A DNA stretch of 64,000 nucleotides from Candidatus Doudnabacteria bacterium (GCA_031291995.1 JARLHZ010000025.1:91965-155964); one strand, 5' to 3'; positions 1 to 9,541 are shown, numbered from the stretch's first letter. Numbers and translations: made by a program. Notes: generated from the letters alone by a model not told the origin.

Positions 1-361
1 CAAGACCGCGCAGCATCTTTCGAGTTTTGTACGACGTTGGTCGAACACGGTACTTCGTCCATATATTGCTAGGACAGTATTGCCTGGCAATAAAGGATGG
101 AAAACTCAAACTGCAGTTGTCGAAAAATTGGTTGGCAACCCTCAGCAGTTCTACAATCTCGACATCTGCGGACTCGCTAATTCCACGACCCACCCCAACC
201 GGTGGCAGCGCTGGCTGGTCAATGTGGCATACCTCTATATCATCTTGCGCTACGCCCCGTTCGCCCGCTGCGCCACTTCGCCGCTGTTGCCGCAGGGTGG
301 TACAGGGCGGTTTGCCAAATTTGCGAAGATCGTTAACCGGCGCATGCCTTTCGACCGCTAA
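1..361 (+). CDS. hypothetical protein, 5'-partial
   Basis: Frame 2 is open from the window edge to TAA at 361 and is followed by a terminator-like hairpin. Confidence 0.45.
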   Translation, partial: KTAQHLSSFVRRWSNTVLRPYIARTVLPGNKGWKTQTAVVEKLVGNPQQFYNLDICGLANSTTHPNRWQRWLVNVAYLYIILRYAPFARCATSPLLPQGGTGRFAKFAKIVNRRMPFDR

Positions 362-398
362 GCCAAGCAGGCTGCGGGAGCCTCATCCTCGCGCACTT

Positions 399-434
399 AA
401 AAAGACAGGCGTCGCGCCCCTGTCTTTTCTTTTT
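399..434. terminator. intrinsic terminator between convergent genes
   Basis: AAAAGACAGG...CCTGTCTTTT stem with T-run. Confidence 0.55.
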
Positions 435-440
435 GGTCAT

Positions 441-1190
441 TTATTTTTCAGCTTTCTCCCACATGTACCAAAACCATTTGCGGTAGCTTTCGGCGAGATT
501 ATGACTGTGGAGGACGAAGACGACATCGCTGTCCTGAATTTTGCCGATTGAGATGCCGGTATAGGTTACCACGTAGTCGCCAAAAATATTTATAACAGAA
601 CCGGTGGAATAATCTTTGGGCAAAAAACGAAATTGCTTGGCAAAGTCGAGGCGTTTTTCAAAATCCGGTACCTGTTTCGGCACTTCGCTGTCGAACAACA
701 AATAATGTTTGATTTTTTCTTTTTTCATTCCGACAAAAAAAGCCTGACGCGCGGCTTCCAACCTCGGGTCTAGCCATTGGGCTTTGGCGCCGATGGTATA
801 AACAGGTTCTTTTACCCGGACAATATCACGCCAGACATTTTTTAGTCCTTCGTATCCGCGGTAGATATAGGCTTCCTCGGCCGCAAGCCGGTGGGCAAAT
901 TTATGTTTTAACTCGGGGAGGATTTTTTGCAGTTCGGTTTGCTTTTCCGACACCAACTCGGAAAGCTTGTCCGGGTCCACTGCGTTATAGAAATTTTGGG
1001 AGGACGAAAATATCTGGAAGACCAGTCCCTTGTCCTGCAGTCTTTGGATGGCGTCGTAGGCGTTACGCCGATAAATCTGCGCGCCAATGGCGATTGCTGA
1101 AATGCCGGATTCGCCTTTTTCTACCAGGAACTCGTAGATTTTAGCTTCATTTGGTGTTAGCCCTAAATTGTTTAGTATTTCTTGGTACAT
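441..1190 (-). CDS. TrmB-family transcriptional regulator
   Basis: N-terminal LGLTPNEAKIYEFL...YDAIQRLQDKGLV wHTH; YIYRGYEGLK motif; probable ATG at 1190. Confidence 0.85.
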   Translation of the reverse strand: MYQEILNNLGLTPNEAKIYEFLVEKGESGISAIAIGAQIYRRNAYDAIQRLQDKGLVFQIFSSSQNFYNAVDPDKLSELVSEKQTELQKILPELKHKFAHRLAAEEAYIYRGYEGLKNVWRDIVRVKEPVYTIGAKAQWLDPRLEAARQAFFVGMKKEKIKHYLLFDSEVPKQVPDFEKRLDFAKQFRFLPKDYSTGSVINIFGDYVVTYTGISIGKIQDSDVVFVLHSHNLAESYRKWFWYMWEKAEK

Positions 1191-1304
1191 ATTTAAATTT
1201 AATGTGGTAGTAATCGCTACCCTATGGTAGCCTTGGCCACTCAATAGAGATATTATATGCTTTTGGGTCAGCCGTCAACAGGCGGTTATGACTGAAGGAG
1301 GACT

Positions 1305-1784
1305 GTGAAAAAACTGGCAGTTTTTGCTTTCCTGTTCATTCTGGTTGCCGACGCGCAGGTAAAAAAACAGGTCTTAGTCGGCGCTGGCGGTTCATTCCCG
1401 GATGTTGGCGAAGTTTCCCCGACAGTAGCGGCGGGAGGAGCGCTGATTTTTCCGCTCGGATCGAAATTATTTTTTCGTCCCGCGGCGGCATTCAGCCGGA
1501 ATTTTCCGCAGACCGGAAAGGCCGCGCGCCAAATTCAGGCGTTGCTGTTTGTTGGCGTAAAGGTGCGCCCCTTTTTGGCGATACTGGGAGGACGCGGCGA
1601 GACTTGGGTGTTTGTCGCGGGCAAGCCTGATGCCGTTCTGCCCATAACAACGATCTTGTCAGCGTGGTTTCCGTGGCCTCATGCCGATAATTGGAAAAAA
1701 CGTATCGGATTTTTTACGCCGGTGAGTCACACTTCAACAAAAAAGGGATGGGGGGCGGGTCTACAGGTCGGGTATACCTGGTAG
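1305..1784 (+). CDS. secreted hypothetical protein with beta-barrel-like C-terminus
   Basis: GGAGG RBS, signal peptide MKKLAVFAFLFILVADA, ends GLQVGYTW. Confidence 0.6.
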   Translation: MKKLAVFAFLFILVADAQVKKQVLVGAGGSFPDVGEVSPTVAAGGALIFPLGSKLFFRPAAAFSRNFPQTGKAARQIQALLFVGVKVRPFLAILGGRGETWVFVAGKPDAVLPITTILSAWFPWPHADNWKKRIGFFTPVSHTSTKKGWGAGLQVGYTW

Positions 1785-1814
1785 CAAAGAGGCGGACGCA
1801 ACAGCGCGGCCGCC

Positions 1815-2333
1815 TCAGATTTTTATATAATGTAACAGCAAGCTTCCACGCTTGTTTAGTTTTTTTTCAGAGATTAGTTTGAATTTTTTATTCAGATGAT
1901 TATCGTCGGCAAACAAACTAATACCCTGACCAAAGACTACCGGCTCGACGGTTAAATAAAGTTCATCCAGCAGATTATTTTTTAAACAAAAACTGTAAGT
2001 TTGTGCGCCGCCTAAGATAGCTATTAGCTTATAGCTTTTAGGTTTTAGGAGTTTTGACAGTTCTGTTTTATTTGGTTTGCAATACACCAGGTTTACTGTC
2101 CGCTGTCCGCTGTCTGCTGACCTGCTAATGACAATGCAATTGCGTTTGGATAAAGGTCCAATGGCGGTTTTGTATGTATTGTTGCCAACGATTATTGCGT
2201 CACATTTATCCAAAAGCGCGCGCATAAAGATTTTGTCCTCCTTACTGGTCCAGTCACTCATGTGGCTTTTATTGCGGGCAATTTTGCCGTCTAAAGTTAT
2301 GGCGGCGATGGCAATGTAACGGGGCTTAATCAT
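1815..2333 (-). CDS. dihydrofolate reductase / RibD C-terminal family protein
   Basis: IAAITLDGKIA, IIVGNNTY, ILGGAQTY, LLDELYLTVEPVVFGQG motifs. Confidence 0.85.
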   Translation of the reverse strand: MIKPRYIAIAAITLDGKIARNKSHMSDWTSKEDKIFMRALLDKCDAIIVGNNTYKTAIGPLSKRNCIVISRSADSGQRTVNLVYCKPNKTELSKLLKPKSYKLIAILGGAQTYSFCLKNNLLDELYLTVEPVVFGQGISLFADDNHLNKKFKLISEKKLNKRGSLLLHYIKI

Positions 2334-2372
2334 ATGTTATAATAAGCTTTCTATTATTAGTAAGATTATCAA

Positions 2373-3125
2373 ATGAATAACGATATGTCCCGCGGAGCGG
2401 GATCCGGCTCTGCCGGAAATGACAAGTTTGAAGGCCGGGAGCCTAAGTATTACGATATTTTTACGGGTTTGTTTGTGGCGATTCTGCTGGTTTCGGAAAT
2501 AACGTCTACTAAGCTAATTCAGGTCGGTTTTGTCCAAACCGCCGGTGCCATTATCTTGTTTCCAATATCGTATATTATGAGCGATATTTTAACCGAAGTC
2601 TATGGTTATGCCCGGGCCCGGCGCGTTATGTGGATCGGTTTTACCAGTTTGGTGCTAATGTCTTTGGTGCTAATCGCCGTGGAATATATGCCCTCTGCCC
2701 CGACTTGGCACAACCAGCAGGCTTATAATGTGATTTTGGGATTTGTCCCCCGGCTGTCGTTTGCCAGCATAGTAGCCTATTGGCTTGGTGGGTTTGCCAA
2801 CGATTTTACTTTGGCTAAAATGAAAATTTTAACCAAAGGCAAAATGTTGTGGAGCCGCACAATTGGTTCCACCGTAGTCGGCCAAGCGGTGGACTCGTTC
2901 TTGTTTATCGGCATCGCCTTTTACGGCCTTATTCCGACTCCGGTGGTTCTGCAAATTGCCTTCACACAGTATTTGTTAAAAGTCGCTTACGAAACAATAG
3001 CCACGCCAATTACTTATTACGTGGTTAACAAGCTTAAAAAAGGCGAAGGGTTGGATGTATTCGATTATAAGACCAACTTTAATCCGTTCCAATTTGGTGT
3101 GGGTGAGCAGGCAGATGCAAAATAA
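2373..3125 (+). CDS. yhhQ: queuosine precursor transporter (YhhQ/VUT family)
   Basis: FPISYIMSDILTEVYG, RTIGSTVVGQAVDS and C-terminal D..D..TNFNPF motifs. Confidence 0.85.
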   Translation: MNNDMSRGAGSGSAGNDKFEGREPKYYDIFTGLFVAILLVSEITSTKLIQVGFVQTAGAIILFPISYIMSDILTEVYGYARARRVMWIGFTSLVLMSLVLIAVEYMPSAPTWHNQQAYNVILGFVPRLSFASIVAYWLGGFANDFTLAKMKILTKGKMLWSRTIGSTVVGQAVDSFLFIGIAFYGLIPTPVVLQIAFTQYLLKVAYETIATPITYYVVNKLKKGEGLDVFDYKTNFNPFQFGVGEQADAK

Positions 3126-3131
3126 CCATCC

Positions 3132-3281
3132 GTGTCATTGCGGGCCTGCCTGCCGGTAGGCAGGGAGTGTCCACCGGAGGAGGATCTGCCTCAGGCACGA
3201 CATCCGACGAAGCAATCTTGTCAGGTAATAAAAAGATTGCTTCGTCAGCCAGATAAAGCCCTGGCCTACTCGCAATGACAC
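3132..3281. repeat. palindromic element (GTCATTGCG...CGCAATGAC type) with nested smaller palindromes
   Basis: Outer IR GTGTCATTGCG/CGCAATGACAC; inner IR GACGAAGCAATCTT/AAGATTGCTTCGTC; nested CCTGCCTGCCGGTAGGCAGG and GCCAGATAAAGCCCTGGC. Confidence 0.8.
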
Positions 3282-3287
3282 ATGGTG

Positions 3288-4025
3288 TTATTTTTTCTTC
3301 CGCTTAAACGCTTTAAAAAGCGGAGCGTATAAATCGGTTTTAGGGTGCATAACCAAATCGCGATAAGTATTCCGCGAAGTAAATTTAACAAAGGTAGCGC
3401 CGCGGATAATCAACAACGGGGTCTGTTCGTTACTCTCCCCCATCAGCATAACTCCGGCGGCGGTTAGCGCGTCCACGGTGTCGGTTTGGGTAATCTTGAG
3501 CTTCTGCCCAAAGACGTCGGGTTTGCCCCGCAAATCGTTCACCGGCTTTAGCCCATAAAAGCCAATACTCACCCCCATGGTTCCCCTCCTGAGCGGGATA
3601 GTATGGCTGTCGGTAATAATTACCGCCAGTTTTTTTATTTTATGTTTCTTTTGCAAATATTTGCAGAAAGTTTTGGCCGCCTGGTTAATATTTTTTGGCC
3701 ATAAAATGTAATAGTCCAGCGCGTTGCTGCGGTCTATGCCGGCGCTCGGAATTAAAGTGTGGTACTTGATGGTTAAAATAGCATACTGTCCCGGCACCTG
3801 GTTGCGTGGAATGTATTGCTCCGCCTCTTTCATTATGAGCTTATCTTTTTCCGGCAGGTCGCCAACTTTAACTTTTATGCACCGTCCCTGGTGGATAGCA
3901 AGAATTTTGGAAGTAATAAGCAAAACGTCCCCCTCTTTTAATTTGGGCAGGTGTTTGTCGAGCAGCTCAAACAAGTCGTCCTTGGGCGGAATAAACTTTC
4001 TAGTTTTTATGGGGAGGAAATGCAT
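3288..4025 (-). CDS. CofE-like gamma-glutamyl ligase (F420-0:glutamate ligase family; chlamydial CT611-like)
   Basis: ITSKILAIHQGR, IPSAGIDRSN, VIITDSHTIPLRRG, MGESNEQTP motifs. Confidence 0.85.
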   Translation of the reverse strand: MHFLPIKTRKFIPPKDDLFELLDKHLPKLKEGDVLLITSKILAIHQGRCIKVKVGDLPEKDKLIMKEAEQYIPRNQVPGQYAILTIKYHTLIPSAGIDRSNALDYYILWPKNINQAAKTFCKYLQKKHKIKKLAVIITDSHTIPLRRGTMGVSIGFYGLKPVNDLRGKPDVFGQKLKITQTDTVDALTAAGVMLMGESNEQTPLLIIRGATFVKFTSRNTYRDLVMHPKTDLYAPLFKAFKRKKK

Positions 4026-4127
4026 AAAGTATAGTTTAGCAGATAAAGAGAATGAATATAAGATCCTTCTTGTAATAATCGTACCTTTGAATTATAATAA
4101 TGGTGGATATAATTCAAACAATTATAT

Positions 4128-4799
4128 TTGGCTAAATACAGATTAAGAAAAAAAGCAATAGAATTGCGGCTTAAGGGGATGAGCTACAATCAGATTAAAC
4201 CTCTGTTGGGAGTAAGTAAAAGCTCTCTTAGTTCATGGTTACAAGGCTACCCGCTTAGTGAAGAGCGGTTGAGGTCTCTACGGGATTTTAGCGAAATTCG
4301 GATAGAAAAATACCGAAATACAATGCAAGCTAAAAGGGAGAAACGTTTTGCCGAAACTTACAAGCAAGAGAAGATGAAGTATTTGCCTCTTTCTGAGAAG
4401 GAGCTGTTTGTGGCAGGACTGTTTCTTTATTGGGGCGAGGGGGTGAAAGGTTTAAAACGTTCTGTGGGGTTATACAATACAAATCCACAAATGATTAAAT
4501 TTGGTTTATTTTGGTATATTAAAATTTTAAAAATTCCGGCTGAAAAGATTAGGATAAAACTCCATCTTTATAGCGATATGAATATAAAAAAGGAGATGAA
4601 TTTTTGGAGCAAGGAATTAAAATTTCCTCTGTCTAGATTTTCCAACCCTTATATTAAAAATACAAAAAAAGCCGACATAAATAATAAAGGTGGATTTGGG
4701 CACGGAACTTGTGGCTTGTTGTTTAATGATGTTTTTTTAAAAGAAAGAATTTTGGCTGCAATCCAGGCTATTGCAGATTACTATGAAAATAGAATATAA
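4128..4799 (+). CDS. HTH + LAGLIDADG-like hypothetical protein next to a tRNA
   Basis: N-terminal HTH (GMSYNQIKPLLGVSKSSLSSW); AGLFLYWGEG helix resembles a LAGLIDADG motif. Confidence 0.6.
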   Translation: MAKYRLRKKAIELRLKGMSYNQIKPLLGVSKSSLSSWLQGYPLSEERLRSLRDFSEIRIEKYRNTMQAKREKRFAETYKQEKMKYLPLSEKELFVAGLFLYWGEGVKGLKRSVGLYNTNPQMIKFGLFWYIKILKIPAEKIRIKLHLYSDMNIKKEMNFWSKELKFPLSRFSNPYIKNTKKADINNKGGFGHGTCGLLFNDVFLKERILAAIQAIADYYENRI

Positions 4800-4814
4800 T
4801 ATACTAAGTTTTAA

Positions 4815-4891
4815 GGGCGTGTAGCTCAGCTGGTTAGAGCATCTTGCTTATACCAAGAGGGTCCTAGGTCCGAATCCTAGCACGCCCACCA
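4815..4891 (+). tRNA. tRNA-Ile (anticodon UAU)
   Basis: Full cloverleaf: GGGCGTG/CACGCCC acceptor, TCTTG-CT TAT AC-CAAGA anticodon arm, CTAGG-TCCGAAT-CCTAG T arm, encoded CCA. Confidence 0.9.
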
Positions 4892-4900
4892 TTAAATTTT

Positions 4901-5125
4901 ATGAATTGGTGTTTCGCAATAGTTAATGGAAAGTTATCGGAAATACATTTTGAAAAGGGCAAGCAGCCCAAGGTTTTTGGTCATTGTTATGTTCAGCCAA
5001 GCGAGTATAAAACCAAAAAGGAAAAGAATTGGATTAAAGAAGACATAAAACGTTTTCGATTTACATATAAAAAAGGGAAATATAAAGAAGTTGCTATTTC
5101 TAAAACAAAAACCCCGACTTCTTGA
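4901..5125 (+). CDS. small hypothetical protein
   Basis: 74-aa ATG ORF between the tRNA and a terminator. Confidence 0.6.
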   Translation: MNWCFAIVNGKLSEIHFEKGKQPKVFGHCYVQPSEYKTKKEKNWIKEDIKRFRFTYKKGKYKEVAISKTKTPTS

Positions 5126-5142
5126 GTCGGGGTTTTTTGTTT
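5103..5142. terminator. intrinsic terminator built on a CCCCGAC...GTCGGGG palindrome
   Basis: AAAAACCCCGAC-TTCTTGA-GTCGGGGTTTTTT. Confidence 0.75.
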
Positions 5143-5246
5143 GGCTAAAAGCTAACCGCTATAAGCTAAATGTCGAAACGAATCCGTGGGATTTTTAAAA
5201 CAGCATAATTATGCTATAATCGGGCTAGATTCTTAACCCTTTATTT

Positions 5247-6986
5247 GTGACCAAATTAAAATTTTCCACGGCAGCATTTTTTTTGGCGGCGGCGTTTTTT
5301 ATTCTGCCAAAAATTGGGCTGGCGGAGACAATTAATAAGTTTAACAGCGCCATAACTATCAATCGTGATTCCAGCATTAGCGTGACCGAAACTATTGCTT
5401 ATGATTTTGCCGACGTGCCTCACCACGGCATTTACCGGGATATCCCCTACCGCTACCAGGCGCGCGGCGGGAATTACAATGTGAGGATTACCATTAAGGG
5501 TGTAACAGACGAGAATGGGCAACCATACCCCTACTCTACTTCCAAGTCAGGGGGCAATTTGGAAATAAAAATCGGCGACGCGAATACTTCTTTAACCGGC
5601 CCACATACTTATATAATTTATTACGATGTTGAGGGAGCCATTAATTATTTTAGCGATCACGACGAACTGTATTGGAACGCGACCGGTAATGGTTGGGCGG
5701 TTCCTATTGCCCAGTCGAATGCGGAAGTAAAATTGCCGGAAGTTGTTGATGCTAAATCGCCCGTTTTACAAAAAACTTGTTTTGCCGGTGAAGCTGGCTC
5801 AACCCGGGCTTGTCAGCAGGCTTTTTCTGATTCCGCCACCGGCGTTAGTACTATCGGTTTTGTCCAAAACGATCTTGGGCCAAATCAGGGTCTGACCGTG
5901 GTGGTCGGTTTTCCCAAAGGGTTGGTGACCCAGCCGACCTGGTGGCAGAAGCTTTTATGGATTTTGTCCGACAACTGGGGGCTGGGCTTGCCCGTGCTGG
6001 TATTTTTGTTAATGCTGTGGTTATGGCTCGGTAAAGGCCGAGACCCGGGCGGGTTTAGAACGATTATTGCGCAATACGACGCTCCGGCCGGGCTAACCCC
6101 GACCGAGGCGGGTACAGTGGTGGATGAGACCGCTGACAATAAAGATATTTCCGCGGAGATTATTAATTTGGCCGTACAGGGTTACATTAAAATCACCCGC
6201 CTGCAGACAAAAATCCTTGGCTTGTTTAACAGTGCCGACTATCAGCTGGATTTATTAAAGTCCGGTGATGATTTGCCGAATGATTTTGAGCGCCGCATGG
6301 TCAACGGGCTGTTTGGCGCCGAATCGACGGTGAAACTTTCCGAACTAAAAAATAAATTTTATGTGCATTTGGCGGGAATCCGCAAAGCCGTCTACCAAAG
6401 CGTGGTCGATAAGGGGTATTTTCCAAACAATCCGAACAATGTACGGGCCGCGTATATGGCCGGCGGATTTGCCGTGGGTTTTTTGGGATTTTGGGTCGGC
6501 ATGGCCACCCAGAATTTCTTTACCATCGGGGGCGCAATAGTCTCCGGAATAATTGTCATAATTTTTGGCTATTTTATGCCCAAACACACGGTCAAAGGCG
6601 CGGAGGCTAAACAGTATATTTTGGGTCTAAAATTATATCTGTCTGTGGCGGAGAAAGATCGCCTAAAGTTTTTTAACGCCCCGGCAGCCACTCCCGAACG
6701 ATTTGAAAAACTTTTACCTTATGCCATAGTCCTCGGGGTGGAAAATGAATGGGCCAAACAATTTGAAGGCGTCTACAATCAGCCGCCGCGTTGGTATTCA
6801 GATCCGTACGGAGGCACCTTTAATAGTGTGTTGTTTGTGGGAGCCATGCACGGGTTTTCCCAAAGCGCGGGTACGACCTTCTCTTCCCGTCCGAGCGGCG
6901 GGGGCGCAGGTGGCGGAGCGAGTGGCTTTGGCGGCGGGGGTTTCTCCGGCGGTGGCTTTGGCGGCGGCGGAGGCGGCGGGTGGTAA
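5247..6986 (+). CDS. DUF2207 family membrane protein
   Basis: HHGIYRDIP, ELYWNATGNGW, FEKLLPYAIVLGV, Gly-rich tail ending GGGGGGGW. Confidence 0.9.
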   Translation: MTKLKFSTAAFFLAAAFFILPKIGLAETINKFNSAITINRDSSISVTETIAYDFADVPHHGIYRDIPYRYQARGGNYNVRITIKGVTDENGQPYPYSTSKSGGNLEIKIGDANTSLTGPHTYIIYYDVEGAINYFSDHDELYWNATGNGWAVPIAQSNAEVKLPEVVDAKSPVLQKTCFAGEAGSTRACQQAFSDSATGVSTIGFVQNDLGPNQGLTVVVGFPKGLVTQPTWWQKLLWILSDNWGLGLPVLVFLLMLWLWLGKGRDPGGFRTIIAQYDAPAGLTPTEAGTVVDETADNKDISAEIINLAVQGYIKITRLQTKILGLFNSADYQLDLLKSGDDLPNDFERRMVNGLFGAESTVKLSELKNKFYVHLAGIRKAVYQSVVDKGYFPNNPNNVRAAYMAGGFAVGFLGFWVGMATQNFFTIGGAIVSGIIVIIFGYFMPKHTVKGAEAKQYILGLKLYLSVAEKDRLKFFNAPAATPERFEKLLPYAIVLGVENEWAKQFEGVYNQPPRWYSDPYGGTFNSVLFVGAMHGFSQSAGTTFSSRPSGGGAGGGASGFGGGGFSGGGFGGGGGGGW

Positions 6987-7041
6987 AAATTGATAAATCA
7001 AACAATAACTCCGACCCAATAGGACCGGAGTTAATGCAAAT

Positions 7042-7069
7042 GTAGGGAACGGTCTAGACCGCTCCCTAC
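7042..7069. repeat. GTAG-type REP-like palindrome
   Basis: GTAGGGAACGGTCTAGACCGCTCCCTAC. Confidence 0.7.
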
Positions 7070-7075
7070 CAAGGT

Positions 7076-9541
7076 TTAAATGATTGTCGCGCTTGCTACT
7101 TTGTCGTCTTCGTCCAGCCTCATGACTCTTACGCCTTGCGTAGCGCGGCCTAAGGTGGAAACGTTATTGAGCGGGGTGCGGATGGTTTGGCCGGACTTGG
7201 AAATAATTACCAAGTCGTGCTCCTCGGAATTATTAAGAATATACATGGAAACTATTTTTCCGGTCTTGGGTGTGACTTTTAATGTTTTTATCCCCGAGCC
7301 CCCGCGGTTCTGTACTTTATAGTATGCGGCTTCGGTTTTTTTGCCCAGGCCGTTTTCCGTGACAATCAGTACTTCCAAAGTCTTTACGTCAATACTCTTG
7401 CGGATTATGTCCATACTGATTATTTTGTCGTCCTTTTTCAGGCGCATCCCCGTAACGCCGCTGGCGTTGCGGCCCATGGGGCGCACGTCTTTTTCGCTAA
7501 AGCGGATGGCCTGGCCGTTTTCCGTGGACAGCATAACTTGGTCATCGCCGCCGGATGTTTCCACCCATTTGAGCTCATCGTCGCCTTTTAAGGAAATAGC
7601 AATCATTCCCGAGCGGCGGACTTTGCTGAATTCGTCTCGGCTGGTCTTTTTTATCAATCCATTCTTGGTGGACATCACCAAGAATTTGGCATCTTCTTTT
7701 TTTGAAAAAGTTAACACTGCCTGCGAAGTTTCACCGTTTTGCAGCTGCAGGAAATTGACCAGCGCTTGCCCCTTGCTGACGCGCGAGCCTTCGGGCAGTT
7801 CGTAAACTTTGGTCTGGAAGACCCGGCCTTTATTGGTAAAGAATAGAATATCGTCGTGGGTATTGGAAGAAATAAGTTTTTCGACAACATCCTCATCCTT
7901 CAGGGTTTGGCCGATTACCCCTTTGCCGCCGCGGCTTTGGGTTTTGTAGGTATCCGGCGCCAGGCGTTTGACGTAGCCGGACTTGGTGATGGTAATAATA
8001 ACATTGCTTTCCGGTATAAGGTCTTCCGCGGAGAAGCTGCCGATGGCATTTTTAACCACCGCGGTGCGGCGTTCGTCGCCAAAGCGTTCCTTCATGTCTT
8101 CCACCTCTTTTTTGATAATGCCCAAAATTTTCTTTTTGGACTGCAAAATGCCTTCCAGCTCGGCAATCAAAAGTTTCTTCTCTTTTAATTCGTCGTCGAT
8201 TTTCTTTCGTTCCAGCCCGGCCAGAGTTTGCAATCGCATTTCTAAAATCGCGTCGGCCTGAATTTCGGTCAGCTTAAATTTTTTGATTAAATTAGCCTTG
8301 GCTTCTTCCTTGGTTGGTGACTTGCGGATGGTATTGATAACTTCATCAATATGATCCAGGGCTTTTTTTAAGCCTTCCAGAATGTGGGCGCGTTCCTTGG
8401 CTTTTTTGAGCTCATACTCCGTGCGTTTGCGGACCACAATTTCGCGGTGTTCCAGATATTTTTCCAAAACCGTTTTCAGGTTCAAAACATGCGGTTCAAT
8501 GCCGTCCACCAGGGCCAGCATGTTCATGTGAAAAGTTTCCTGCAGCTGGGTGAAGGAAAAAAGCTGGTTGAGAATTTTATTGGGCAGACCGTCTTTTTTA
8601 ATGTCCACGACTATGCGCACGCCGTCTTTGTCGCTCTCGTCGCGCACGTCGCGGATACCTTCAATTTTTTTGTCGCGGACCAGTTCGGCGATTTTTTCCA
8701 AAAGCGTGGCTTTGTTCACGCGGTAAGGGATTTCATGCACCAAAATCTGGAAAGCGCCGCTTTTGGTTTCGGTAATTTCGGTTTTGGCGCGCATGACAAT
8801 GCTGCCCTTGCCGGTGGCGTAGGCGTTTTTAATGGCGGCAATGTCGTAAATTATTCCGCCCGTCGGGAAATCCGGACCGTGGACAAATTCCATTAGATCT
8901 TCGGTGGTAGCGTCCGGCTCCTCTATTAACTTAACTATGGCGTCGCAAATTTCGCTGAGGTTGTGCGGCGGAATGTCCGTAGCCATACCTACGGCAATAC
9001 CCAAAGTGCCGTTTAAAAGCAGGTTGGGCAGCTTGCCCGGCAACACAGCCGGCTCTTTGCGGGTGGCGTCGTAGTTGTCGCGCCAATCGACTGTTTCTTT
9101 GTCCAAGTCCAGTAGTATTTCTTCGGCCACGGCTGACATCCGCGCCTCGGTGTAACGCATGGCCGCGGCGCCGTCGCCGTCCATACTGCCAAAGTTTCCC
9201 TGGCCGTCAATTAACGGATACCGCAAAGAAAAAGTCTGAGCCATGTGGACCATGCTGTCGTAAACGGCAATGTCACCATGCGGGTGGTATTTACCAAGAA
9301 CATCCCCTACTACGGCCGCTGATTTGCGGAATTTGACGTTGTGGCGCAGCCCCATTTCGTGCATGGCGTACAAAATTCGCCGGTGCACGGGCTTAAGTCC
9401 GTCGCGAACATCGGGCAGGGCGCGGCTTACAATTACGCTCATGGCGTAATCCAGGTAAGACTCCTGCATTTCGGTCTGGATATCCCGGGCCAGAATTTTA
9501 CCGATATCGTTGCTTACGGGTTGTGATGAATCTTTGGGCAT
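7076..9541 (-). CDS. gyrA: DNA gyrase subunit A
   Basis: [37 protein letters not shown] catalytic Tyr, GyrA-box QSRGGKG. Confidence 0.98.
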   Translation of the reverse strand: MPKDSSQPVSNDIGKILARDIQTEMQESYLDYAMSVIVSRALPDVRDGLKPVHRRILYAMHEMGLRHNVKFRKSAAVVGDVLGKYHPHGDIAVYDSMVHMAQTFSLRYPLIDGQGNFGSMDGDGAAAMRYTEARMSAVAEEILLDLDKETVDWRDNYDATRKEPAVLPGKLPNLLLNGTLGIAVGMATDIPPHNLSEICDAIVKLIEEPDATTEDLMEFVHGPDFPTGGIIYDIAAIKNAYATGKGSIVMRAKTEITETKSGAFQILVHEIPYRVNKATLLEKIAELVRDKKIEGIRDVRDESDKDGVRIVVDIKKDGLPNKILNQLFSFTQLQETFHMNMLALVDGIEPHVLNLKTVLEKYLEHREIVVRKRTEYELKKAKERAHILEGLKKALDHIDEVINTIRKSPTKEEAKANLIKKFKLTEIQADAILEMRLQTLAGLERKKIDDELKEKKLLIAELEGILQSKKKILGIIKKEVEDMKERFGDERRTAVVKNAIGSFSAEDLIPESNVIITITKSGYVKRLAPDTYKTQSRGGKGVIGQTLKDEDVVEKLISSNTHDDILFFTNKGRVFQTKVYELPEGSRVSKGQALVNFLQLQNGETSQAVLTFSKKEDAKFLVMSTKNGLIKKTSRDEFSKVRRSGMIAISLKGDDELKWVETSGGDDQVMLSTENGQAIRFSEKDVRPMGRNASGVTGMRLKKDDKIISMDIIRKSIDVKTLEVLIVTENGLGKKTEAAYYKVQNRGGSGIKTLKVTPKTGKIVSMYILNNSEEHDLVIISKSGQTIRTPLNNVSTLGRATQGVRVMRLDEDDKVASATII

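Noticed and set aside
27-551. 174-aa plus-strand ORF and the many short opposite-strand ORFs inside gyrA, hsdR, hsdM and other genes
   Set aside because: Shadow frames overlapping well-supported genes, with no recognisable motifs
2334-2372. preQ1 riboswitch upstream of yhhQ
   Set aside because: Only 39 bp of AT-rich divergent spacer; no aptamer pattern seen
6890-6986. GGC-rich tandem repeat
   Set aside because: Encodes the normal Gly-rich tail of DUF2207 proteins
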